Under the pieces are notes generated by a model. The model was not told the DNA's origin. It made no database searches and saw only the letters and a list, made by a program, of their open reading frames with translations. From positions 4,641-68,640 of the forward strand of contig JAYURR010000174.1 of assembly GCA_043756605.1 (NCBI GenBank): a DNA stretch of 64,000 nt, written 5' to 3'. This document shows positions 18,018-26,360 of the stretch, piece after piece. Origin of the DNA: Chitinophagaceae bacterium. Its GTDB lineage: Bacteria; Bacteroidota; Bacteroidia; Chitinophagales; Chitinophagaceae. The position numbers were made by a program, and so were the translations under genes. Within the stretch, counting starts at the first letter, position 1; each line of letters opens with the position of its first letter.

Positions 18018-18671
18018 ATGAATATTCAGGATTTCCCTATAACTATCGGTTTAATAATTGCCAACGTAATTTTTTCTTTAATTGGTTTTAGCAATGCCGC
18101 TTTTATTGATAAAACCATTATGTGGCCATACCGGGTTGCCCGGGAGAACCAGTACCACCGTTTTATAAGTTCGGGTTTTTTACATGCCGATTGGATGCAC
18201 CTTATCTTTAACATGTTTACCTTTTTCTTTTTTGGTATTGGTTTAGAGAGTTATTTAAAAGCATACGGCCTTGGTGGTAATATATCTTACCTGTTGTTAT
18301 ATTTTTTGGCATTAATTGTTTCTGATATTCCCAGTTACCTAAAGCATAAAGATGATAATAATTACCGGTCGCTGGGTGCTTCGGGTGCGGTAAGTGCCGT
18401 GGTTTTTGCAGCAATTGTGTTTAATCCGTGGAGCAGTATCCGGCTATACGGTTTTATAAAAATGTCGGCAGCATTATTTGCCGTATTGTACATTGTGTAT
18501 TGTGTTTACATGGGCAAAAAAAACAGCGATCATGTAAACCATGATGCTCATCTGTGGGGATCTTTATTTGGCCTGGCATTTATACTGGTTTTAATAGGCG
18601 TAGTAAGACCCGAATTGTTTACCCCCATTTTTGAACAGCTTAAGCACCCCAGTTTATTTGGCAGAGAATAA
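18018..18671 (+). CDS. Rhomboid family intramembrane serine protease
   Basis: FLHADWMHLIFNM, SLGASGAVS (catalytic Ser), NHDAHLWG (catalytic His). Confidence 0.93.
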   Translation: MNIQDFPITIGLIIANVIFSLIGFSNAAFIDKTIMWPYRVARENQYHRFISSGFLHADWMHLIFNMFTFFFFGIGLESYLKAYGLGGNISYLLLYFLALIVSDIPSYLKHKDDNNYRSLGASGAVSAVVFAAIVFNPWSSIRLYGFIKMSAALFAVLYIVYCVYMGKKNSDHVNHDAHLWGSLFGLAFILVLIGVVRPELFTPIFEQLKHPSLFGRE

Positions 18672-20081
18672 TGATAGCTGCAATATATTTTTAGCGCTGT
18701 CCGTTATTTTAAACCTATCATCAATACGCAGGCCAACCACCCAGATGATTTTTTTATCCATTTCAATAACCCATGTTTTTTCTTTTTGGGTGAGGGATAA
18801 TTTCTGATCAATTAAAAACCGACTTAGTTTTTTCTTCTTTTGCATGCCCAGCGGATAAAAATAATCGCCGGGTTTGCATTTGCGGAGGAGTAAGGGGAAT
18901 TTTATTTCAGATGCATTTACTTGGGCGATTTGGTTTGAGGTTTGTAGTTGGTGGTTGGTGGTTGGGAGCAGTTCAATATTAATTGAACCCTGCTGAAAAT
19001 CAACTTTTATATCATTTTTTTCTATAAAAATATTTTGCGCCTCTATAGTTTTATTTGGCGCAATAATAAGCCAGTTGCGGTTTTTAATGATGCGGTGTGT
19101 GGCTGATGAAATATATTTTCCGGTTTCGCTTTTTAATAAATCAACAACTTCATTTGTTTGATGTGCTGTAAAACCGTAGTCTTTTACAATCTCGTAAAGT
19201 ATTGTGTGCAATGCTTCGGTTTTCTGTAATTTTAAAACAGGGATATGTATTTCGTTGCCTTTTTGCTCCAGTAATTTTTTTTTGGCAAGATGTACAGATT
19301 GCTGGTACAGCGTTTCAATTTCCCGGAAACGTTCAATATTGTTCAGCAAATTATCCTGCACCTGCGGAAACACTTTTTGCAGATCGGGAATGAGTTGGTT
19401 GCGAAAATAATTGCGGGTGTATTTATCGGATGCGTTGGAAGAATCTTCCACAAAATTTAAATTATTTGCTTTTGCAAATGCAGCAATGTCTTCTTTTTTG
19501 GCAAAGAGTAAAGGCCGGATAATATTGCCTTGTTTTGGTAAGATACCATGCAGCCCATTAATGCCGGTGCCTTTAAAGAAATTCATTAAGAGGGTTTCGA
19601 TGTTATCGTTGGCGTGGTGTGCAGTGATAAGAAAATTGGCAATGGGCAATTGGCAATCCGGCTCTGAAGTTTCAATCTCTTTTGCATTTTGCATATTGCC
19701 TATTGCCAATTGCCCATCGCCCTTTGCATATTGCATATTGCCTGTTAACTCTGCAAACCAGTTGTAACGCAATTCCCTGGCGGCAACCTGTATGCTGAGT
19801 TTATTTTCGGTTGCAAATGTTTGTGTGTCGAATTTTTTAACCTGTACTTCAACATCATATTTTTTACCAAGTTCTTTTACAAACGCTTCATCACGTTCGC
19901 TTTCATCTCCACGCAATTGAAAGTTGCAGTGAGCAATGGTAAAATCGTAACCAGCCTGTTTGCAGAGTTCGCAAAGCACTACACTATCTACTCCCCCGCT
20001 TACGGCAAGCAACAGCTTATCTTTTGGTTGAAAAAGATTTTTGTGTTTGATGTATTGCTGAAATTTTTCTAAAAGATTCAT
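18654..20081 (-). CDS. tilS: tRNA(Ile)-lysidine synthetase carrying a repeat-derived insertion
   Basis: AVSGGVDS PP-loop, AARELRY, TAHHANDNIET, YTRNYFR, C-terminal KKKLSRFLID. Confidence 0.96.
   Translation of the reverse strand: MNLLEKFQQYIKHKNLFQPKDKLLLAVSGGVDSVVLCELCKQAGYDFTIAHCNFQLRGDESERDEAFVKELGKKYDVEVQVKKFDTQTFATENKLSIQVAARELRYNWFAELTGNMQYAKGDGQLAIGNMQNAKEIETSEPDCQLPIANFLITAHHANDNIETLLMNFFKGTGINGLHGILPKQGNIIRPLLFAKKEDIAAFAKANNLNFVEDSSNASDKYTRNYFRNQLIPDLQKVFPQVQDNLLNNIERFREIETLYQQSVHLAKKKLLEQKGNEIHIPVLKLQKTEALHTILYEIVKDYGFTAHQTNEVVDLLKSETGKYISSATHRIIKNRNWLIIAPNKTIEAQNIFIEKNDIKVDFQQGSINIELLPTTNHQLQTSNQIAQVNASEIKFPLLLRKCKPGDYFYPLGMQKKKKLSRFLIDQKLSLTQKEKTWVIEMDKKIIWVVGLRIDDRFKITDSAKNILQLSLFSAK
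18929..18965. repeat. Heptamer tract inside the 3' part of tilS
   Basis: Coding strand caaccac-caaccac-caactac-aaacctc-aaaccaa, encoding PTTNHQLQTSNQ. Confidence 0.6.
19634..19742. repeat. Heptamer-arm palindromic element in frame inside tilS
   Basis: ggcaatg/ggcaatt repeats (19634-19657) are inverted relative to attgcct-attgcca-attgccc (19695-19717); two ttgcat(a/t) tandem tracts are also present. Confidence 0.85.
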
Positions 20082-20106
20082 ACCCCTGTCCCCTAAAGGG
20101 GAACTT
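20082..20106. repeat. Solo C/G hairpin arm abutting the tilS start codon
   Basis: acccctgtcccctaaaggggaact; on the tilS strand it reads agttcccctttaggggacagggt-ATG, resembling the DUF559 element right arm. Confidence 0.65.
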
Positions 20107-20228
20107 AGTTAATTAGTGTAAAATAATCTGCCTGCAGTATTCCATTCATTCGCTTCAAAAAAAGTTCAATAGAGTTATACTGTACAAGAGTGCGACGCCA
20201 ATGAAGCTGATTAAAGATTAAAAGCCGG

Positions 20229-20262
20229 GAACCAAAAACTAAAAACCACAAACCTCAAACTA
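20229..20262. repeat. Heptamer arm starting at the TPR gene stop codon
   Basis: Minus strand TAG-tttgagg-tttgtgg-tttttag-tttttgg-tt. Confidence 0.6.
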
Positions 20263-20571
20263 TTCCTCCACATCCTCCAACGCTCCCTGCAGCTCCATCT
20301 TTGTATGATGATCATCTGCTTTTTGTGCCTCCTCTATACCCCGTTTGTATATCCTTATCGCTTTATCGTAATCGCCAACCCGCTCTAATAATTTGCCCAG
20401 GTGATAGTAAGAGCCAATATAAGTTGGCTCCCGCAGCAAAATTTCGTTAAACAGTTTGCGGGCCTGCTCATCATCGCCAATCTTAATGTACTCCAGTGCC
20501 AGCGCATGTTGCAGAAAACTATCCTTGCCCGATGTTTTCATGTACTCCAGTAATTTTTCTATCCTGCTCAT
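20260..20571 (-). CDS. Tetratricopeptide repeat protein
   Basis: DSFLQHALALEY, YIGSYYHLGKLLE TPR pattern, 103 aa. Confidence 0.88.
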   Translation of the reverse strand: MSRIEKLLEYMKTSGKDSFLQHALALEYIKIGDDEQARKLFNEILLREPTYIGSYYHLGKLLERVGDYDKAIRIYKRGIEEAQKADDHHTKMELQGALEDVEE

Positions 20572-20619
20572 TAAACAATATTTTTTTCTGATTTTTTATC
20601 AATTTATCTTTTCAACACT

Positions 20620-20627
20620 TATCTTTG
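20620..20627 (+). promoter_or_regulatory. Bacteroidota housekeeping promoter -7 element upstream of etfB
   Basis: tatctttg matches TAnnTTTG, 48 bp before the ATG at 20676. Confidence 0.55.
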
Positions 20628-20675
20628 CATTAGTTGCATAAACAACTTATTTCCCGATTTTTAAAATTTTACTAC

Positions 20676-21419
20676 ATGAAGATCTTAGTTTGTATCAGTA
20701 AAACCCCCGATACTACCGCAAAAATAGCCTTCGCCGATAACAATACGAAATTCGCTGCAGATGGCGTACAATGGATCATCAACCCGTACGATGAATGGTA
20801 TGCCCTGGTAAGAGCCATTGAGTTGAAGGAAGCCGATGCTGCAACAATAATACATTTGGTTACCGTTGGAGGTGCCGACAGCGACCCAATCATCCGTAAA
20901 GCATTGGCCCTTGGTGGCGATGAATCTTTCCGGGTAAATGCTGATAGTCATGATAGTTTTTACATTGCATCGCAAATTGCAGAAATTGCAAAAAAAGGCA
21001 GCTACGATTTAGTGTTTACCGGTAAAGAAACCATTGATTATAATGGATCTTCTATTGGCGGCATGGTGGCTGAACTGCTTGACCTGCCCTATGTTTCACT
21101 GGCAACTAAATTTACACTGGAAGGAACGGATGCCATTATTAACCGTGAAATTGAAGGTGGAGAAGAAACCAATAAAGTAGCATTACCGCTGGTGGTTAGC
21201 TGCCAAAAGGGAATGGCTGAACAACGAATACCTAATATGAAAGGCATTATGGGTGCCAGAAGCAAACCATTAACTGCTGTTGAGCCGGTTGCGGTTAATG
21301 CGCTGACAAGCGTTGCATCTTTTGAATTGCCACCTGCAAAGGCTGGAGTAAAATTAGTTTCAGCAGATAATCCTGAAGAGTTGGTAAGATTATTACATGA
21401 AGAAGCAAAAGCAATTTAA
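20676..21419 (+). CDS. etfB: Electron transfer flavoprotein beta subunit
   Basis: MKILVCISKTPDT, INPYDE, GKETIDY, RIPNMKGIMGA; start moved to ATG 20676. Confidence 0.95.
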   Translation: MKILVCISKTPDTTAKIAFADNNTKFAADGVQWIINPYDEWYALVRAIELKEADAATIIHLVTVGGADSDPIIRKALALGGDESFRVNADSHDSFYIASQIAEIAKKGSYDLVFTGKETIDYNGSSIGGMVAELLDLPYVSLATKFTLEGTDAIINREIEGGEETNKVALPLVVSCQKGMAEQRIPNMKGIMGARSKPLTAVEPVAVNALTSVASFELPPAKAGVKLVSADNPEELVRLLHEEAKAI

Positions 21420-21881
21420 TGGATAGTTGATAATGGTATAATGGATAATGTTTTAAATTTATAACATCACTCATTACCAAAACTATACATTATGAAAGAG
21501 AATATTTTAAAAGACAAGAGTTTCAATTTTGCGATAAGAATTGTAAATCTTTATAAATTTCTTAAGTAAGAACATGGTGAATATATTTTATCGCAGCAAT
21601 TAATAAGAAGCGGAACATCAATCGGGGCAATAGTTAGAGAAGCTGAACATGCAGAAAGCATTAAAGACTTTGTACATAAATTGAGTATTGGTTTAAAGGA
21701 AGCAAATGAATCGAAGTATTGGCTTGATCTGCTTTTTGCGACAGAGTTCATTACAAAAAAAATGTACGAATCGTTAAACAAGGATTGTGAGGAGCTTTTA
21801 AAATTGCTTATTGCAAGCGTAAAAACGAGTAAGCTTAAAATTAAATAAATTATCAATTATCCATTATTAAATTATCCATTG
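21417..21881. mobile_element. Heptamer-inverted-repeat cassette carrying a four-helix-bundle gene
   Basis: Left arm taatggatagttgataatggtataatggataatg (21417-21450) includes the etfB stop; right arm aattatcaattatccattattaaattatccattg (21848-21881) ends 2 bp before the etfA ATG. Mobility is inferred. Confidence 0.65.
21492..21848 (+). pseudogene. Four-helix-bundle protein (TIGR02436/23S rRNA IVP family) with an in-frame stop
   Basis: Manual translation MKENILKDKSFNFAIRIVNLYKFLK*EHGEYILSQQLIRSGTSIGAIVREAEHAESIKDFVHKLSIGLKEANESKYWLDLL...; TAA at 21567-21569. Confidence 0.88.
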
Positions 21882-21883
21882 TC

Positions 21884-22843
21884 ATGGTTTTAATATTTTT
21901 AGATCTATCAGAAGGCCACATTAAAAAATCATCTTTTGAAGCAGCAAGTTACGGTGCAAAAGTTGCCGAACTTTTAGGTACCACTGCCGATGCCATTGTA
22001 TTGGGCAATGTTGCAGATGATTTAACAACTTTGGGCAACTACGGCATTAAAAAAGTGCATACCGTAAAAAATGATGCACTTGATCATGTAGATGCACAGG
22101 TGTTTACAAAAATAATTGCCGATGCTGCTAAAGCCATTGATGCTAAAGTAATCATCTTCTCCAATAACTTTAATGGCAAAGCCATTGCGCCACGTTTAAG
22201 TGTAAGGCTTAAGGCTGGCCTGGTTTCTGGTGCTGTTGCCCTACCGGATTTGAGCAACGGATTTACGGTTAAGAAAAACGTTTTCAGCGGTAAGGCTTTC
22301 GCCAATATCACGGTGGCAACTGATATTAAGATCATTGCATTAAATCCAAATTCATATACCGTTGTACCAACAACAGCCACTGCAGAAGTTGCCGAATTTA
22401 CAGCAACAGTTGATGCTGCAAAAGTACAGGTAACTGCAACCGATAAAGTAGTTGGCGAAGTTCCATTGAGCGAAGCGGAAATTGTAGTAAGCGGCGGACG
22501 TGGTTTAAAAGGCCCGGAAAACTGGGCATTGGTTACCGACCTTGCAAAATTATTGGGTGCAGCTACGGCCTGCAGCCGCCCGGTTGCTGATAGCGACTGG
22601 AGGCCGCATCACGAACATGTAGGACAAACAGGCCTTGCCATTGCACCAAACTTATACATTGCCATTGGTATTTCTGGCGCCATACAACATCTTGCCGGTG
22701 TAAACCGCAGTAAAGTAATTGTGGTAATTAATAAAGACCCCGAAGCTCCGTTTTTTAAAGCGGCAGATTATGGTATTGTAGGCGATGCTTTTGAAGTGAT
22801 GCCGAAGATTATTGAAGCGGTTAAAAAATTGAAGCAGGCGTAA
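21884..22843 (+). CDS. etfA: Electron transfer flavoprotein alpha subunit
   Basis: VVSGGRG, ACSRPVAD, HVGQTG, YIAIGISGAIQHLAG, AINKD-like VINKD. Confidence 0.96.
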   Translation: MVLIFLDLSEGHIKKSSFEAASYGAKVAELLGTTADAIVLGNVADDLTTLGNYGIKKVHTVKNDALDHVDAQVFTKIIADAAKAIDAKVIIFSNNFNGKAIAPRLSVRLKAGLVSGAVALPDLSNGFTVKKNVFSGKAFANITVATDIKIIALNPNSYTVVPTTATAEVAEFTATVDAAKVQVTATDKVVGEVPLSEAEIVVSGGRGLKGPENWALVTDLAKLLGAATACSRPVADSDWRPHHEHVGQTGLAIAPNLYIAIGISGAIQHLAGVNRSKVIVVINKDPEAPFFKAADYGIVGDAFEVMPKIIEAVKKLKQA

Positions 22844-22862
22844 ACTGATAAAATCTATTCAT

Positions 22863-22893
22863 AAAAAAACCTCCATTCTCTGGAGGTTTTTTT
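22863..22893. terminator. Bidirectional intrinsic terminator
   Basis: aaaaaaacctcca-ttctc-tggaggttttttt between convergent genes. Confidence 0.8.
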
Positions 22894-22916
22894 ATGCCGG
22901 ATATTTTTAATACTTT

Positions 22917-24422
22917 TTAAATTGTATTGGGTGTAAATATTTTTACAACCCCATCATTTTCGCTGCTTACAATCAATAAACTTTTTTTAGTAGGACTGTC
23001 TTTTGCTGGTATAAACAAAACGCCCTCCGGTGCATCGCCACATTTTATCATTTGCAAAAATACCGGTGCCGCAGGGTTACTTATATCATACATGGCCACT
23101 GCATCTACCCTTTCCATACCCACAAATGCAACCATTTTATTGCCCACTTTTCCAATGCAAACACCTTCCGGCTCTACCGATTTATCGTCGCTACGGGTAT
23201 CATCATACACACTCAAAGCAAGGGCTTTTTTATCAAGTTCATTTTTACTATCAAAAACCTGTACGCCTGTATTGCCGTTCCATACACTAAAAGAGCGGGC
23301 ACCAAATGAATACAGGGCATCAAAATCGCCATCGCCATCAGTATCGCCCATGGTATTGGTAACATTCAGGCGGCCCATTTGTGCATCTAATTTTAAAGTG
23401 GCCGCATTGGGAAATAGAGTTAAATCAAGCGATAAAGATTTAACCCTTTTTGCTTCTGCTAAAGCCGTGTACTCTCTTGCATCGCCTTCGTTGGCAGTAA
23501 ACAGATAAGGTATGCCATTGAACTCGTACAACGAAATTGCATCAGGCATGTACATGCCTTTAACCGGCCATTTTGCAGGCGTGCCCACGGCTCCATCCAG
23601 ATCACTTACATCAATAGCATTTTCAGCAGTGTTATAATCTTTAAATCCTAAAGGAAAAATATTGCTTATAGCTTTAGAGGTAAGATCAATTTTTGCAATG
23701 CCGTTGTTTTCCTGCAGGGTAACCCAGGCAGTTTTTGAGTCGGATGAAATGGTTATATACTCAGGCTCAATATCTTTTACAAAATTATTGCCAATACCAA
23801 AAACCCTTAATCCGCCTGCTTTTAAAGCAGCCTGCTGTGATGTAAAAGCAGCAAAATCAATGGTAGTTACCGTATAATTATTATTTACCTCAATAATAGA
23901 AACTGTACCTGCCGGATCGTTGGTATAATCATTACTTGGTTCACCTTCGTTTGCAGTTAATAAATAATTGCCATCATTGCTAAACCTGATCATATCGGGC
24001 AAAGCACCAACCGTAACAACTTTTACTTCGCTGTAAGTATCGGTTTTAAAAACAACTACTTTGCCATTATCCTGCTTATTTAAACCCTCAATAGCTGCAG
24101 CCAGTTTGCCATTGCTTACATCCAAACTGTTAACTGCACCTGCATAGGCAGATAAAGCAATACTATAAACCATTGCCGGAGCAGCCGGATTTTTTATATC
24201 CAACACATCAATTTTATTAGTTGCACTGTTGTTTACCACAAACAAGCGTTGTGTTAAGGGATCGTAAGCAGATATTTCTGCAGCGCCAACACCACCAATG
24301 CCAATACTTCCAATTTCTTTAAAAGTTGAAGGATCTTCGTTAACAAAAAATTCGGGTGTGTCATTTTTTTTACACGACGCCATAATTACAGTGCATACCA
24401 TTAACAGGTTCAATAATTTCAT
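22917..24422 (-). CDS. Choice-of-anchor I family beta-propeller lipoprotein (alkaline-phosphatase-associated)
   Basis: Lipobox MKLLNLLMVCTVIMASC; AAEISAYD, GALPDM, TANEGEP, EPEYI, QENNG, FGARSFS, RSDDKSVEPEG. Confidence 0.82.
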   Translation of the reverse strand: MKLLNLLMVCTVIMASCKKNDTPEFFVNEDPSTFKEIGSIGIGGVGAAEISAYDPLTQRLFVVNNSATNKIDVLDIKNPAAPAMVYSIALSAYAGAVNSLDVSNGKLAAAIEGLNKQDNGKVVVFKTDTYSEVKVVTVGALPDMIRFSNDGNYLLTANEGEPSNDYTNDPAGTVSIIEVNNNYTVTTIDFAAFTSQQAALKAGGLRVFGIGNNFVKDIEPEYITISSDSKTAWVTLQENNGIAKIDLTSKAISNIFPLGFKDYNTAENAIDVSDLDGAVGTPAKWPVKGMYMPDAISLYEFNGIPYLFTANEGDAREYTALAEAKRVKSLSLDLTLFPNAATLKLDAQMGRLNVTNTMGDTDGDGDFDALYSFGARSFSVWNGNTGVQVFDSKNELDKKALALSVYDDTRSDDKSVEPEGVCIGKVGNKMVAFVGMERVDAVAMYDISNPAAPVFLQMIKCGDAPEGVLFIPAKDSPTKKSLLIVSSENDGVVKIFTPNTI

Positions 24423-24626
24423 ATTCAGTAGTTTTATGGCTGTAATTTTCAAAGATTGATGTTATCAATTTGTAACCGGAAGGTTAAGAAAATATTATTT
24501 GCATTCAATTGGTCTTCAGTTGCCGATTTTATGATGATTTTTCGATTGAAAAAAGTAAGCGGTAGAGAAATCATTATTTTTTATATTTGCTGTTTGCTAA
24601 ACGCATGATGACAACCCGGAAAGGAT

Positions 24627-25208
24627 ATGAAAAAAATAGAATTGGAAATAGTGGCTTTATCGCACAGCATTACCCAAACCCATTCGTATGCAGTTGTGCT
24701 GGGCGAGTTAAACGGATTACGCAGGCTGCCGATAGTTATTGGCGGCTTTGAGGCGCAGGCTATTGCTGTAGCTTTGGAACGTATGAGCCCAAGCAGGCCG
24801 CTTACCCACGACCTGATGAAGAATTTTATGATGGCCTTTAATGTAGAACTGCACGAAGTGGTTATAAATGATCTGCAGGAAGGAATTTTTTACAGCAAAC
24901 TGGTTTGCAGCTCAGCAAACGATACGGTTGAAATTGATTCCCGTACATCGGATGCTTTGGCTTTGGCTGTACGTTTTGGCTGCCCTATTTATACTTATGA
25001 TAATATTTTAGAACAGGCCGGAATACTGATGGAAGATGATGGCAAACCAAAATCACCCACCACAGTTACAACCGAAACAGTTGGAGGCGATAATTTAAAA
25101 TCATTATCGCTGGAAGAACTGGAAGGTTTGTTGACCGAAGTGCTGGATCATGAAGATTATATAAGGGCCATTGCTATACGGGATGAGATAAAAAGCAGGA
25201 AGAAGTAA
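24627..25208 (+). CDS. Bifunctional nuclease family protein (DUF151) with C-terminal UVR domain
   Basis: RRLPIVIGGFEAQAIA, RPLTHDL, DSRTSDALALA, EDYIRAIAIRDEI. Confidence 0.9.
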   Translation: MKKIELEIVALSHSITQTHSYAVVLGELNGLRRLPIVIGGFEAQAIAVALERMSPSRPLTHDLMKNFMMAFNVELHEVVINDLQEGIFYSKLVCSSANDTVEIDSRTSDALALAVRFGCPIYTYDNILEQAGILMEDDGKPKSPTTVTTETVGGDNLKSLSLEELEGLLTEVLDHEDYIRAIAIRDEIKSRKK

Positions 25209-25341
25209 TGGATAATTGTTTAATGGATAATGGATAATTTTTCAAATTCGTTGCAGTTTTTCAATAGCAAACTTTAAGATACTTAGCATACATTTCCATT
25301 CTAAAACATTATCCATTATAAATTATCTCATTATCCATTAA
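25206..25341. repeat. Empty TAATGGA-heptamer inverted-repeat element filling the stop-to-start gap
   Basis: taatggataattgtttaatggataatggataatt (25206-25239) ... cattatccattataaattatctcattatccattaa (25307-25341); ispE ATG at 25343. Confidence 0.82.
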
Positions 25342-25342
25342 C

Positions 25343-26164
25343 ATGCTCCGGTTTCCCAATTGCAAAATAAATCTCGGCTTACATATTCTTGATAAAAGAG
25401 AAGATGGGTTTCACAACCTGGAGACTGTTTTTTATCCGGTTGCATTTAAAGATGCACTGGAATTACTTCCAAATACAACTAATACAACTGAAATTGAATT
25501 TACAGGCACAGGCCTGGCTGTTGATGGCAACACAGATGATAATCTTTGCGTAAAAGCATATCATTTAATAAAGAAAGATTTTACACAACTACCTGCAATA
25601 AAAATTCATTTGCATAAAGCCATACCCATGGGAGCCGGACTGGGCGGCGGTTCTGCCGATGCTTCTTTTATGCTGCAAATGTTGAATGATAAATTCAAAT
25701 TAAACCTCTCAACTTCTAAACTCCTAAACTATTCTTTACTGCTCGGCAGCGATTGCCCTTTTTTCATCATCAACAAACCCTGCTTTGCAACAGGCCGTGG
25801 AGAATTGCTGGAAGAAATAAAAGTTGATTTATCTGCTTACAAAATTGTTTTAGTTAATCCCGGCATTCATGTAAATACCCGTTGGGCATTTTCAAATATT
25901 AGTCCTTCCCTGCCCAAAAAATCAGTTAAAGAAATTGTGCTGCAAACTATTGAAACCTGGAAGGCTGAATTAAAAAATGATTTTGAAACGGCAGTTTTTG
26001 CTGCTCATCCGCAGGTAAAAGAAATTAAAGAAACGCTGTATCAACAGGGAGCAATTTATGCTGCTATGAGTGGAAGCGGCAGTACGGTGTTTGGAATTTT
26101 TGAATCAAACGCAGGCGCAGTCTCATTAAAACACAGCAACTATTTTATTAAAACAATAAATTAG
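25343..26164 (+). CDS. ispE: 4-diphosphocytidyl-2-C-methyl-D-erythritol kinase
   Basis: FPNCKINLGL, KAIPMGAGLGGGSADA, GSDCPFF, MSGSGSTVFG. Confidence 0.96.
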   Translation: MLRFPNCKINLGLHILDKREDGFHNLETVFYPVAFKDALELLPNTTNTTEIEFTGTGLAVDGNTDDNLCVKAYHLIKKDFTQLPAIKIHLHKAIPMGAGLGGGSADASFMLQMLNDKFKLNLSTSKLLNYSLLLGSDCPFFIINKPCFATGRGELLEEIKVDLSAYKIVLVNPGIHVNTRWAFSNISPSLPKKSVKEIVLQTIETWKAELKNDFETAVFAAHPQVKEIKETLYQQGAIYAAMSGSGSTVFGIFESNAGAVSLKHSNYFIKTIN

Positions 26165-26360
26165 TATATCTTGCACAAAAATTAATCATCATTAACACGC
26201 TGTTAAACATATCTTCTTTCCTCCGCAGCAATCTCGATTTACTCAATCATCGAGCTTAAAAACCCTTCCTAACCGCTCCGCCAACTGGCGGAAGGAACAG
26301 TACTCTGTGTATTCAACTTTTTAAACCTTTTCAACTTTTTAAAATTCCCAACTTTAAGTT

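Noticed and set aside
18018-18671. Rhomboid as a sortase for the adjacent giant protein
   Set aside because: The adhesin has a T9SS type-A CTD and no GlyGly-CTERM-like tail; adjacency is divergent and probably incidental.
20170-20215. gtacaagagtgcgacgccaatg segment as a dispersed repeat
   Set aside because: Looks element-like but is single-copy in this window with no clear inverted partner.
21551-21856. 101-aa minus-strand ORF from the track
   Set aside because: Antisense shadow of the interrupted four-helix-bundle gene on the plus strand.
25700-25740. ctcaacttctaaactcctaaact tract in ispE as another in-frame insertion
   Set aside because: Repeat-like, but the segment before GSDCPFF seems to be of normal IspE length, so no insertion can be supported.
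26260-26345. Hairpin tccgccaactggcgga and ttcaacttt/ttaaacctt repeats upstream of rocD as a riboswitch
   Set aside because: No recognisable aptamer consensus; more likely small repeat remnants.
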